A stretch of 64,000 bases of DNA from Squalus acanthias. Lineage: Eukaryota. The stretch covers positions 48,920,001 through 48,984,000 of the forward strand of contig CM059432.1 in NCBI GenBank assembly GCA_030390025.1. Reading direction: 5' to 3'. This document shows positions 24,767 through 38,486 of this stretch, piece by piece. The notes beneath the pieces were generated by a model. That model made no database searches. It was not told where the DNA came from and was given only the letters and a program-made list of their open reading frames with translations. Within the stretch, counting starts at the first letter, position 1, and every line of letters begins with the position of its first letter. The position numbers and the translations under genes are program-made.

Positions 24767-26695
24767 TATATTTTTTTAAATGGCTGGGTGTTTCTGCAAC
24801 ACTTACCATTTACAAGCACGTGGCAAAAATTGCATTTGAGCAATTCAGGGTAAAAGCTTTGAATCCCCAGTGAGTACAGACATTGATGCTACGTTAAAGT
24901 CTACTTATGCCAACATAATTTTGCCTGTCGAAACTACTGGATATAATACACAGGATTTGAATAAAAAATATATTTATGTAATAAAATAGACAAAAATAAT
25001 CATTAATCAACAACAAAATGTTGAGTACCAGAAATTCTGTAAATGAATTTAAATGTGGTCTTAATGGAGCCTGCTTGATGAAGCAGAGATGCACAACACT
25101 AATTAGCAATTTTATAGTTTATTAGGTAATTTCACTGTTTATTGCCCTATAGCACATAAAAAGAACTAAGGAGGAGGAAGAAAATTTTCATCTGTCCAAC
25201 TATAATGACTCTTCCAAATGTTCATTGTGACATCAGGTTAATTGAAAAAAAGGAGTTAGATTTGAGACTATATTAGTAATGGCACACTCTTGTGGAAAGA
25301 GCTTTACCATTTGCAAACTATAGCAAGTAAACACAAAGCACAATCCTCTACCAACAGAAAAACATCTGCTTTAACATGGTGTAAACATTTTCTTAGATCT
25401 TCAATACCAACATTAGCATTTCTGCAGTGGAAGCAGCACACAATTAAATGCGCTAATGGCAATTTTACCAGGTGTCCATGCCATCAAGAAATTGTCACAC
25501 TTTTCTTGACTAATCACATTTCTAAGTAATTATCACTCGAATGAGCATGCTGACATGAGCTGCAAGAATTCAGATATTATGATTTAGTTTTCAAATTGGG
25601 AATTGGGGAAAAAAAACTACTGAAAACACACCGTTAAATCTTCAATAGACCGTCTACATGTAGGATTTGCTGCTCACGATACACATCCCTTCATAGAAAA
25701 ATACATTGTCTTTTAAAGAGCCAAATATTCCGTTATCCAGTTATACATCTGATACATGAATGAGAATAGGAGCATTAAAACCTTTCTTAAACAACAAGTG
25801 CTTTAGAAGAAAGGAGTTTTATTACATTATGCAAATAATGACAAGGGCAAGTATGAACAGAAAATCATTCATGTTCCATGATTTTGCTCAAAATAACCTT
25901 TGTTACACATCACAATGATAAATAGACTTACTGACAACTGTAATTGTTGCTACTTCAACCTGAACTAAAAGATGCACCATAGCAACTTCATACAAGGTTG
26001 CATAACGAGGACAAAGATGTCAGCAGTAATTAAAGCCCTTAAAGAAAATTAAAAATGCTAAATTACAAACACAGCTAACATACACAAGCTTGAAGGAAAT
26101 GGAAGATCTGGCATGATTCTAAATGCCTTCCTTTAACTAGTAGGTCTATTGCCTTTGGTCAATAAATTGTATTCCCTCGTTTTTGTTAAAATACATGATT
26201 ACTGACTAGCTGTGAATACCAAGAACGCAAATGAGTTTTGAAGCACATGGGTTTTTTTGTTAAGAGGTTATTTCCACGATGTTTTAGTAGTTCTTGACAA
26301 TCATTTATGATTATGGTATTTTTTGTACTATAAGTTATACCTTGTTTTTTTTTTTGCTACTACCTGTCCAAAGAAGAATATCTGGTGCTTGACAGTACAG
26401 CAGTGTGTGTGTGCATGGATATAAATCTGAGGCTACACAATGCTCAAATAAAATATTTATTCTATACCTTTTTGTTAGTAATGAATAAAGCATTTCTCAT
26501 CAGCCTTATTCATTAGTAATAAAATTATTATTGAAAACTAGTTTTACAACTGATTGCATCCACCAAATGTTGCATCAAACTAACTCGACTGCTGACTGTA
26601 ACTCATGCAGCACATGATTGAGGTAATATATAACAAGTTGTTAATTTGCTGCTTACGCAGCACTCATATCCAACAATAACTATCTGTTCATGCAT

Positions 26696-27030
26696 ATAAG
26701 AACATAAGAATTAGGAGCAGGAGTAGGCCACACAGCCCCTCCAGCCTGCTCCGCCATTCAATAAGATCATGGCTGATCTCGGACCTCAACAACATTTTCC
26801 CGTCCGATCTCCATATCCCTTGATTCCCCTAGAGTCCAAAAATCTATCTATCTCAGCCTTGCATAGACTCAACGATTCAGCATCCACAGCCCTTTGGGGT
26901 AGAGAATTCCAAAGATTCACAACCCCATGAGTGAAGAAATTCCTCCTCACCTCAGTCTTAAATGGCTGACCCCTTATCCTGAGACTATGCCCCCTAGTTG
27001 ATCCCCAGGGATCAATCTAGTGAACCTTCG
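26696..27030 (-). mobile_element. CR1 3' fragment, left arm of an inverted pair
   Basis: Starts with an (AAGAACAT)n tail in reverse orientation and mirrors 27190-27647, with an internal deletion at about 27000. Confidence 0.9.
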
Positions 27031-27647
27031 TAATGGCAGTTGGCCTTTATTGCAAGGGGGTTGGAGTACAAGAGTAAGGAAGTCTTGCTACAATTGTACA
27101 GGGTTTTGGTGAGACCACACCTGGAGTACTGTGCACAGTTTTGGTCTCCTTATCTGAGGAAGGATATATTTGCCTTAGAGGCGGTGCAACGAAGGTTCAC
27201 TAGATGGATTCCTGGGATGAGAGGGTTGTCCTATGAGGAGAGATTGAGTAGATTGGGCCTATACTCTCTGGAGTTTAGAAGAATGAGAGGTGATCTCATT
27301 GAAACATACAAGATTCTGAGGGGGATTGACAGGGTAGATGCTGAGAGGTTGTTTCCCCTGGCTGGAGAGTCTAGAACTAGGGGGGATAGTCTCAGGGTAA
27401 GGGGTCAGCCATTTAAGACTGAGATGAGGAGGAATTTCTTCACTGAGGGTTGTGAATCTTTGGAATTCTCTACCCCAAAGGGTTGTGGATGCTGAATCGT
27501 TGAGTATATTCAAGGCTGAGATAGATAGATTTTTGGACTCCAGAGGAATCAAGGGATATGGGGATAGGGCAGGAAAGTGGAGTTGAGGTCGAAGATCGAG
27601 GGGCCATATGGCTTACTCCTGCTCCTAATTCTTACGTTCTTATGTTC
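27031..27647 (+). mobile_element. CR1 3' fragment, right arm of an inverted pair
   Basis: ORF 27040..27495 reads AFIARGLEYKSKEVLLQLYRVLVRPHLEY; tail TTCTTACGTTCTTATGTTC. Confidence 0.93.
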
Positions 27648-28191
27648 TGCATGCGAACAATGGCTTTTACAGTGCAAAAAACTAGCCACAGTATATAAGT
27701 ATCCAATCAATGTTCACCCAAACACATTCACACTTTAACTGTAATCCACACTGAGAAATATGAAGAGCAAACTACAAAACAACAAAATGAACATAAGGCA
27801 CATCTGACTAGGAATAAGCACAGTCAACCGCTTCACATAAAGCACTTGTGTCTATGGACAAATGTAATTTTCTTGGTTGAATGACTATGGGTTGAATTTT
27901 CCGGGGTGGTAGCAGGCGAGATCGGTGGCGGGTCAGGTGGGAAAGTTGTTATTTTTGACAGCGGGTCCGACCCGACCAGCAGCTGCAGGGGACCCAATTG
28001 AGATGATTATCAGGTAGTTTACAGGCACTTAAGAGCCTTTTTTCACGTAGTTTTTAAATTTCCCTGCATGGCCACAGGATTCACAAAGCTTGGGAACCAT
28101 GTCTGTCAACCTGAGGCGTGAGTTCTGTGGCCATTGCTCCAGCTGATTACTTGACAGCATGAAACAAACCAAAATAAAAACATTCATATAA

Positions 28192-28396
28192 TAGCAAAAT
28201 ACTGCGCATGCTGGAAATAACAACAGAAAATGCTGGAAGCAGTCAGCAGGCCAGGCAGCATCCGTGGAGAGAAAAACAGAGTTAACGTTTCAGGTCTGAT
28301 GAAGAGTCACAGACCTGAAACGTTAACTCTGTTTCTCTCTCCACGGATGCTGCCTGGCCTGCTGAGTGCTTCCAGCATTTTCTGTTGTTATTTCAA
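28192..28396. mobile_element. Penelope-like element (PLE) inverted terminal-repeat foldback
   Basis: Near-perfect arms GAAATAACAACAGAAAATGCTGG...GTTAACGTTTCAGGTCTG and its reverse complement; the arm matches 63487-63600, which adjoins PLE coding sequence. Confidence 0.85.
28296..28329 (+). ncRNA. Minimal hammerhead ribozyme core (PLE type)
   Basis: CTGATGA - stem II - GAAACGTT; stem II is imperfect (AGAGTC ACA GACCT) and the 5' strand of stem I is replaced by the inversion. Confidence 0.5.
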
Positions 28397-28809
28397 AATA
28401 AAAACATGTTGATTACATCAGCTAACAGATTGATGGAGATTCTGTTCAACTTGAAAAGCTACTGGTAAATGTTAATTCAGAAATTTCTGAAAGGATGTGA
28501 GTGCTGAAGGCTCCCATCCTGCCCTGGATGGCGAGGGAAATACATTTTTCACTGGCCATTCTCGGCTGTTGCCTTCCAACTCTACAGTAATTGCAGTGAC
28601 TTGATCTGCACTATAAAAAATGATATATACCATTTAAATAAATTTTTGTGTTGTTTCTGGTAAGGTTTTTCTCACAGTATACTGGATCCAGTTACACATT
28701 AAATCAAGTCATCAACCGTAACAATTTCATTCTCATCACTCATTCCACCGGTTCAATTTGCTTTCAGTTCCTGAATATAACAAATTTAATTTTTCAGTCT
28801 GAGACTTTG

Positions 28810-28967
28810 GGGGTGAATTTCTGCAGAGGTTCTCTCACTTGTCCATTGTTAACTTCAACAGAAGAGCTGCAGAAATCCCAGAAACACATTCTAAGCACCA
28901 CTTACATTGTCTGTCAGGGTTTCCACAGCTCTTCTGCTGAACTTGCATAAGATTGTAAATCCACCCC
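28810..28967. mobile_element. Short palindromic MITE (related copies at about 30167-30300 and 46356-46527)
   Basis: GGGGTGAATTT ... AAATCCACCCC termini and an internal inverted motif TAACTTCxxCxGAAGA / TCTTCxGCxGAAxTT shared among the copies. Confidence 0.65.
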
Positions 28968-31057
28968 TTTACAATTACATTTAAAATCTGCTTCATTTTA
29001 TATATTACCTATACACACACATCTTTTATTTGTACCAGTTACTGATACAAAAGTCTATAGATTTGTGACTAAAGCACCAATAACTTCCCAATTAATGTAC
29101 TTTTTAAATTATGTTCTTGATCGTATTTGTAGATGGCATCATATTACTTAATAATATTATTTAAATATTTCTTTGTCACTCATATATAACTTTTATTATA
29201 TTATTGTAGAGTAAAGATTCTACACCCACTTTGTTAGATTAAACATCAAATGTAATCTGGCCATGGTCCTTTTAAGGATCCCGGCTGAAAACGCATCATG
29301 AATGACGTCACCAGACCTACTCCATCTAATTGGGCCAGGTAACGCGCTGGGCGGGCTTAATAGGCCCCATTAAGGCAAGTTCATTTTCAGTAGTGGGATG
29401 GAGCCAGCGGCTGGATCGTGACCCGCCACGGACACCGCCTGCACTGAACCCGCCCAGGTAGACAAAATTCCAGCCTATGAGTTGATTTTTGCTTGGGGAA
29501 AGGGGGATTGGGTTACCAACCAATTTTGCAAATTTACCTAGTTTCTGGCAGGCAAAACTGTTTAGGCCTCGTAGGAGACCATATTTGTACGTGTGAGTGG
29601 CTGCTTTGGGTCCAATTTACTGTAATTGCATGTGGATAGTATGTTGTTTCAAATCTTCAGATTAATGCAGCTCTAACTGTTTGACAATCTGCCAGCTTTC
29701 AGGACTCAATTAAATCCTTTCATTGCCATTCTGTGCAATTATTGATCAATTATGATGGATGAATAAATTTCCATTGTAATTGATCTACCATTGCACTGAA
29801 TAGCAGGCACTCCTAGGCAGATCAAGGTGCTAATTTTAAAATCTTTCCATTATTTTTTGTAAGGCTTTTGAAACAATTTTCACCTCCCCCGCCCATTGGG
29901 ACGAGGGGGAGGCCGCAGTTATCCCAAGGGATAGGTATATGTTAACTGTGTCATTTGTACTACGTAGATGCAACAGTCAGGCAGCTTATAAAAGATGCAA
30001 TTACAGAAGTTCTCCCATCCAATGAGACATGAATGGTCAGTGAGGGAGAAACATTGCTCTATGGGGAATGATCCACTGGGACATTGAAAGGATGCTGATG
30101 GCGATACTCTAGTCTGTTCCAACTAGATTCAAATTCTTTTTTCGAATTAAGTTTCCTGACAATCAAGGGTAGAATTTCCAGTGGGGTGGAGGAATTTTGC
30201 TGATCATCTGCTGTAACTTCAGCAGAAGATCCACAAAAAACCCCAGAGAAACAACAAAGTTATAGCAGACGATCGGAAAAATCCCTGAGGAAATTACTGA
30301 CATTTGTCTTTAATCCTTTCATGACAAATTCCCTGGTATTGTCATGGTACAAAGTAGCAGAACCAGCTTTGTGTATCAATATAAATTAATATGTAATCTG
30401 TGTAAATGCAAAGCTGAATGCTACAAAGCACATTGAAAATAAAATATAATGATTACATGGAAATTTTTGATTTTGATATACCTTTGGTCACAGTGCTAAA
30501 ATTACTACTGAAGGCCTTAAAGAAATGATGAATCATTTTGTGAAAAACTGTTAAGTACTTACAAAATTGTTTAATGAGTTGGTTTATTAATATTTTTTTC
30601 AAATCTAACATTAGTGCTTTATGGTTCTCATTTTCTCTCTGCATTTGTTATTTAAAGGATGTATGTAATACAACTAGCATAATTAAATTGGACCAAGGAA
30701 TTATATGGGTGATGGTTTTCCCAAGGTTCAGATGAATTCAGCAAATAATGTTAAACCCATTCTTATCTAATGATTTGGCAATAGTGCTTTCCTGGTTCCA
30801 ATCATAGAAAGAGCTTGTTACAGTCCTAGATTCAATCTCGGGTAAATAGCCATTGAAGTTGCCAATTTGATTGGTCCATCAGTCTTTGTATATTCTGCAG
30901 ACTCCCTTGGCCCAATCTGCTGCACTTCCCCCTTACATTTCTTGATCTTTCTGGTCCTTAAGCACGTCTTACAAAATTTCACACGGTATGAACAGCAGCT
31001 AAAGGTTTTTGAAGTAGGGTCACATGAGGTCTCTAAAATACCATTGCCACGACAAAT

Positions 31058-31185
31058 GGCAAAACAGCCTAGATTTTCCGACATTCTAACAGTGACCACA
31101 CTTTAAAAGTACTTCATTGGCTATAATACGCTTTGGGACATCCTGAGGTCGTGAAAGGTGCTGTATAAATGCATGTCTTTCTTCT
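31058..31185 (+). mobile_element. Deu-SINE 3' tail fragment
   Basis: AACAGTGACCACACTTTAAAAGTACTTCATTGGCT...GTCGTGAAAGGTGCTGTATAAATGCA matches 18393-18480. Confidence 0.8.
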
Positions 31186-33466
31186 GTCTAGATGTTGCAA
31201 GCTGCCAGATGTGCATAGTATTTATTTGTCTGACAGATTACTGGTCTTCCTCAAGCATCAAAGCACATCATTTGACCACCGATAATCAACGCACATCATC
31301 CACTGTGCCGCTCAATTGGAATTAGTGCAGGTTTCCTGAACAAAACATATCCATAACACTATACAGGGTGTGAGGGGGAGTTAAATTTCTCTCGATCAAC
31401 AACTCTCTCATACTGAGAGACAAAGGTAGAACATTATATTCGATGCATACCTTCTCACAGAAGTGGAAGTCAAATGAAAACTATTCTCTAAAATGTGGGT
31501 AATTTTATAAATTTGGGCCCCGAGTCGAAGCTTTGCCCTCTGTGAATGCAGTTTGGGAATTCAGGCATGTGTCTTCTATGATTTTCCATCCAATAATTTT
31601 TGATATGGCACAGTTCATGCCAGGAATGTGAATTTGTGGAAATTACCCTTTATGTGTAGTGACATTGCACAATTTTTGTGAAGGTTCTCTCTGTGTGCTA
31701 TTTCTACTGAAATCATAAACCTTCTAACTACAATTTCACTATACAAAGGACAGGAAAGTAATATTTCTATCTATCAAACTAAAGTAATTTCACATACATT
31801 ATGAATGAATGTCAGGAATTGAATAAATGACAGGCAATTTCAAAAGAATATATGCTACTTCATAACCTGACAGCCTCCTCTCACTGTTCTTAATTTTACC
31901 AGAATGTTTCAAAGCGTTTCTTTTGTTCTTCTCTCATCTGCCCTCCTTTCCCTCCAATTTCCATATCTCACTCTCTCTGTCTTTACACTCTCAGTTCATC
32001 ATCTCACATTCTTTCCCCCTTCAATACCCCAAACTTTTTTCTCTTTTCTATCTTCTGAAGATATCGAGTATGGTTGCAGGAGTTTTTGCTTTCAAGTGTT
32101 AGCTGCTTGATCTAGCCTTTCACATATTATTAGTGAATTCATTTTTCATTTTCCAATATAAAACATGTGTTGGATTACACACGATTCAGCTGCCAGGGGA
32201 ATGTGTCATGATGATGATGATGATGATGATGATGGTGATGACACCCCAATCTTGCTTCTAGTGAGGTGAAAATGCGATTTGGCCAGATGGAGATGTAGCA
32301 TAACTAACTGGAAGGAAAATATCTGTCAGCCTAAATTTAAGGGCCAAACATGATCGTATTCGTAGATTATGCAATGTTGTCGATCCTGGAAAAAAATGAG
32401 TTGGCATGCCTAAGTTATAAAGAAATGAGCAAATCATCATAGGAGACTAAAGTCCAATTTAACTGAGTTCCACGTTATCTGAATAGTTTCTGAAATTTCC
32501 TATGCCTGAATCCCTTCACAGCAATGGAGAAGTCCATGATCATGATGGTCTAAGAAACATTGCTCAGGTGGGAGTGCAGGTGAAAATTAATCCTGTAGTA
32601 AAACTAAACATATTTATGTAAATGTTAATCTCCCTCTCCGCCAAGCTCTTATTTGCATTCAGTTCTAAATTTTAGCGTCCACAAGGCAAGTTACGACTCA
32701 CTCTTCCTCTCAAATGGAATGAGAAGCAATACAAAGAAAAAGAAAGAAAGTGCAATCCTATCAAGTAATGCTCGATAAATTATGCCTTAGTAGAGGATAT
32801 TTCCCCCAGTATGACCATGGTCCACCTTGGCACTGGGGCATCCTCAAACAAGTGCCTTTCAAGAGGCCTTGTATTTGTGCTGGGAAATTCTACATAAGTA
32901 AAGATACAATTATATTTAAACTACTTCAATCTTTTGTCTTTTTGGTAGCTACACTAAATCACATTAAAAAAAACCTTAATTAATTAAAAAATTACATAAT
33001 AATTGGCCCAGGCTTCATTCATATCCCCCAAACACTCCCACAACAAAATGGACATTCTTCTCCCTCTTCTATTTTCCCTCAACAAGAAGAGACTCTCCTA
33101 CACAGTCGTTAGCACCATCATCCTTATCTTCTATTTTCCCTGTACTTTTTACTTTGTGCATTTGCTTTTGGTGATTCTTTGCCGAATACAGGCTCGGGAG
33201 CCTCTCAGCAACTGTCTTTCCTTTTCATTGGACATGGACACATGATCACAATCATGTAGCTAAGTTGTGGAACTCCAATTGTTTAGACATTTTGAATCAG
33301 AATATTGCACATCATTTAAGATGAGAAATAGTGACCGCAGATGTTCATCAGCGATTGATCTTTCAATTTACAGATTTCAAAAATTAAGTAAAACATATTA
33401 CACAAATGGCAACCTTCCACTGAACATGTGGTGTATTGGCAGTTGTTGTAGATGACACAGATGTTT

Positions 33467-34425
33467 GCTGTGCTTCATCAATGACCTTCCCTCCAACATA
33501 AGGTCAAAAATGAGGATGTTCGCTGATGACTGCACAGTGTTCAGCGCCATTCACAACTCCTCAGATAATGAAGCAATCCACGCCCACATGCAACAAGACC
33601 TGGATGACAATCAGGCTTGGGCTGATAAGTGGCAGGTAACATTCGCGCCAGTGAAGTGCCAGGCAATGACTATCTCCAACAAGTGAGAGTCTAACCAACT
33701 CCCCTTGACATTCAATGACATTACCATCGCCGAATCCCCCACCATCAACATCCTGGGGGTCACCATTGACCACAAACTTAACTGGACCAGCCACATAAAT
33801 ACTGTGGCAACAAGAGCAGGTCAGAGGTTAGGTATTCTGCGGTGAGTGTCTCACCTCCTGACTCCCCAAAGCCTATCCACCATCTACAAGGCACAAGTAA
33901 GGAGTGTGATGGAATACTCTCCACTTGCCTGGAGGAGTGCAGCTCCAACAACACTCAAGAAGCTCGACACCATCCAGGACAAAGCAGCCCGTTTGATTGG
34001 CACCCCATCTACCAGCTTAAACATTAATTCCCTCCACCACCGGCGTACCATGGCTGCAGTGTGTACCATCTACAAGATGCACTGCAGCAACTCGCCAAGG
34101 CTTCTTCGGCAGCACCTCCCAAACCCGCGACCTCTTCCAATTAGAAGGACAAGGGCAGCAGGCGCATGGGAACACCACCACCTCCAAGTTCCCCTCCAAG
34201 TCACATACCATCCTGACTTAGAAGTATATCGCCGATCCTTCATCGTCGCTGGGTCAAAATCCTGGAAGTCCCTACCTAACAGCACTGTGGGAGTATCTTC
34301 ACCACACGGACTGCAGCGATTCAAGAAGGTGGCTCACCACCACCTTCTCAAGGGCAATTAGGGATGGGCAATAAATGCTGGACTTGCCGGCGACGCCCAG
34401 ATCCCATAAGCAAATTTAAAAAAAA
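33467..34425 (+). mobile_element. Family A LINE, 5'-truncated
   Basis: FINDLP...FADDCTVF through HHHLLKGN*, followed by the 3' stem-loop and A tail. Confidence 0.95.
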
Positions 34426-34789
34426 GATAACCACAGAGTTCCATTGTTGTGGGAGTTTAGGGGGAAAAAATCTATAACTGTGGGGAACATGTGTGAGAAA
34501 GACAATAGAAGCATTTATTACTTGGAAAGGATTTTGATAGGTTTAGCAGCATTTAGTTCAGGATTGGCCAATGCCTTTAATATGGAATAAATTGGTAAAT
34601 ATAAATATTAAAATATTTTAACTGTGATTACACAAATGGTAGCCATCCATTGCATGGGTAGCAGATTTGGCAGTTGTTGTGGACTAGTTTTTGAAAATAC
34701 CTCAGTAGTCCAAGATGACACTAAGATTTAACAGAATGTTATTGTACAGTGGTAGCAGCATGAAGTAAACATCTAAAAATGTGGGAAAA

Positions 34790-34990
34790 GATAAAGTTGC
34801 AAGTCTGAAATAAAGAAAAAACAGTACATGTAGCAAGTCAGTGAGGATCCGTAAAAGCAAAAAAAAACCGAGGTATTTAATGTTTCAGGTATGTAGTACT
34901 TACACACCCAAAACATCGATAATCTGTCTTCTTTTTTCTTCACAGATGCTGACTAACCTGCTCCATAGTTCTAGTACATTCTATTTTTCT
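34790..34990. mobile_element. Highly decayed Penelope foldback
   Basis: TTAATGTTTCAGGT...AAACATCGAT...CACAGATGCTGACTAACCTGCT resembles 28192-28396. Confidence 0.5.
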
Positions 34991-37706
34991 AATGGTATGG
35001 TACTGATTCTATATAATACTTTAGTGAAATTATATTTAGAATATCCTTTTAAATTTTGTTCACCACACCACATCAGGAAAAACTGTAGAGACAAATGTTT
35101 CTTACATTGTTGTGCTACGAATAGAGATGAAGCGGGCAAAGATTGTTCTCTTTACAAAATACATTTATCAGCAAACCTAACCCTGACCAGTCTAATCTAC
35201 AGGAATGCAGCTTACTGCCGTTGGTAAATTAAGTCATCCGATAAAATATTTGCTGAAATTACTCAAATTTACCACCCTAACAAGTTGCAATCAGTCATTT
35301 GATCTACACAAATGCATGCATTCCGTTACACTGATGGCTATAAAAGCAGAAAAGATGGCTCTGAAGACATTTTAATGAAGCTCAACTGCCTATTTTAGTA
35401 AAACAGTACTTCAATTGCAAGGTTGCATCTTTTGGCACCAAAACAGCTATGGCCACATTTGGGGCTGTCACAAGGTCTGAGACATTATTGTAATGAAACA
35501 TTTCTAAAATGCTGACAGAGCAGCTGACTGCAGGATGTTAAAACCTGTCTAGGCAAAAGGTACCACATAATTCACAAAATGTTAAAGACGAGAAACATAG
35601 GGACATGGCTCCAATAGGATATTCAGTTAAGCCAGTGTAAGTAATAACCAGACACTGCAGTCTTCTAAATGAGAGACCTAACATGTTTGGAGTCTTCTGA
35701 TTTATGTAGATGTCATATATTTTTAAGTATCTAATAAATAATAATGCCGTAGCAATTTCCACAGCACCAATGATATTTGGTAAAGTCTTTTAAACCACAA
35801 GTATACAAATTGAGTAAATTTGTTCATTGAGTAAATAAATTAAACGCAGAGGCGACAATTCTTCAATGTGATTGGCTGCTTAGACAGCTTGCTGACATCA
35901 CTGCTGCATCGTACTAGGAATCCCCTATTCACAGCATTACAATCAATTACGCATCAAGAAACCTCAAGTTTTCGCCACAGAGATCACGAGATCTCTGTGG
36001 ACAGCTTTCTTCTGAGGTCAGCGGCGATCGCCGTCGCACTGCCTCTGCCTGCAAATTACGGGTCAATGTGGACCCGATTCTCTACCTGTGATCCGTTTGA
36101 GTGTGACTCCTCACTAGAAGCGTGGGATTACAGAATTATCCCTTCCTTCATTAATTTGTTAAATTTGTACATAATTCTGAAGCAGTTCTAAATTAGTTCT
36201 TAATTTCAAACACTAAAGATGTTCACAATTTTTAATAATGTAGTCATTTTGACATATACATTTTGAACAACAAGAAAGATTTTTATTTACCCGTACAAGT
36301 GATTATTGTCATTTCACCGGTTTATTTTTATTGTTCTTTGTCCAGTGTCTTCTCGATATTAACTCTATTCACATTTCATGTGCAAATTGGAAATCTGCTG
36401 TACACTGTTTCTTCACCCTCCTAGTTGCTGTTTCTGGAATGTTCTGTCACAGTAGGTGTTCTTTTATTTTGTGTGTCCTGTTTTTGTTCAAATATACATG
36501 TAGCAAGTGGCTTGGCTTTTCTGATATTCAGTGTACATTATTTCCTTTTCCTCTTAATTGTACAGAGCTTTGAGATGCACAGGAGGAGTGTTACATAACT
36601 GCAAGGTGTTTTTGTATTTGTAAATATATATAGTATTAATGAGTAAGTTGCATGTATTGGAATGTCGGAAAAGTCATTAACATGGGTTCATGATGCATAA
36701 TCGCACAGTGAGCACTTGTTTACATTGGAAATTCTGTCAGTTTTAAGATAAATTATATTTAAATGTACTGGCTTAAGTCTGTGGTTGGTGTATGACTTAT
36801 AGCACTGGTGGCACAGGCATCTTGAAATATCAGTATATGCCCCATTACCCACACTAACTACAGCTACTCCCTTATAATTGGAAAAAAATGTGTTTTAATT
36901 TCCTAGTGGTAATAATTTATTACTATGCTAAACCTATGTCAAAATTTGCAGCAGCATTAGTATTATTCAGCACTAACACAAATGGCTCTAAGACTGCATT
37001 TTTTCACTGAACGCAATGTGAGCAGTAAAATTACTGATAGCCCAAATTTCTGCCTTCTCATTTTTAATGTCTTGATTCAAGATCCCAGAAGATGTTACAG
37101 AACTTCCTTTGACCTCTACATATAGGTTATAAATGTCAGATCAACACAGTTATGAACAGCACAAATCCTTTGTGTGGTGTAAGCAAATTTAATAAAAGTG
37201 ATTTTAAAGTTCACCTCTTCAAGGGTAGCCCAAAGCATCGTTCTCTTTGAACAGAAGTGACTCTTTGTCAGATCACTTCTTGTCCTGAGGGACAATTGGT
37301 GGTTATGGTCCCTCTGTGGTAGATGGTGAGTTTGATGTTCTCCATCAGCCCCATATCACCTGGAAGGTGCAGCAGCTGTACCACTGGATTCAAAAGCAAT
37401 GATGAGCAGTGCACAATACATTGACATATCTGCAACTCTCTCAAGGGCATATTTATTTGTAAATGAATACAGATAAGCTAGGAAATGTGAATCTAGTCTT
37501 CAACATTCTGAAAGCTATCTTCATCACTGCCAGTGTACATTTGTGTGCAGTTATAATTTTATTCACATTGAAGAGCAGGGTTAATTAAGGAATTTAAGAG
37601 CCAAGCCTCAAGAGGCTATATACTGTCCCTTATTGAAAGATAAAGATATAGAAGATGGAACTGTCACTTCAAAACAGGTTGCTTAAGCTCAATTCTTGAT
37701 GTTTTT

Positions 37707-38486
37707 ACCCAATAGAAAAGCAGAGTATTTTTTAAATGGTGAGAGATTGGGAAATGTTGGTGTTCAGAGGGACCTGGGTGTCCTTGTACACATATCACTG
37801 AAAGTTAACATGCAGGTACAGCAAGCAATTAGGAAAACAAATGGTATGTTGGCCTTTATTACAAGAGGATTTGAGTACAAGAGTAAAGACGTCTTACTGC
37901 AATTATATAGGGCCCTGGTGAGACCACACCTGGAGTATTGTGTACAGTTTTGGTCTCCTTACCTAAGGAAGGATATACTTGCCACAGAGGGAGGGCAACG
38001 AAGGTTCACCAGACTGGTTCCTGGGATGGGGGATTGTCGTATAAGGAGAGATTGAGTAGAGTAGGCCTATATTCTCTAGAGTTTAGAAGAATGGGAGGTG
38101 ATCTCATTGAAACATACAAAATTCTTACAGGGCTTGACAGGGTAGATGCAGGGAGGATGTTTCTCCTGGCTGGGGATTCTAGAACCAGGGGTCAGAGTTT
38201 CAGAATAAGGGGTCGGCCATTCAGGACTGAGATGAGGAGAAATTTCTTCACTCAGAGGGTGGTGAATCTTTGGAATTCACTACCGCAGAGGGCTGTGGGG
38301 GCTCAGTCATTGAGTATATTCAAGACAAAGATCGATAGATTTTTGAATATTAAGGGAATCAAGGGATATGCGGATAGTGCAGGAAAGTGGAGATGAAGTA
38401 GAAGATCAGCCATGATCTTATTGAATGGCGGCGCAGGCTCGAGGGGCCGAATGGCCTACTCCTGCTCCTATTTCTTGTGTTCTTAT
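37707..38486 (+). mobile_element. CR1 LINE 3' fragment
   Basis: ORFs 37696..38055 and 37938..38396 (QRDLGVLV, LVRPHLEY, FFTQRVVNLWNSLP) plus the 3' UTR. Confidence 0.95.

Noticed and set aside
27889..29476. One 1.6-kb TIR element bounded by GGGTTGAATTTT and AAAATTCCAGCC
   Set aside because: No TSD, and the interior is unrelated sequence; two separate MITE fragments are equally likely.
30818..31099. 93-aa Cys/Lys-rich minus ORF
   Set aside because: Starts inside a SINE tail; no domain pattern or convincing splice sites.
32212..32241. (TGA)n run as poly-Asp or poly-His coding sequence
   Set aside because: A simple microsatellite with no surrounding ORF.
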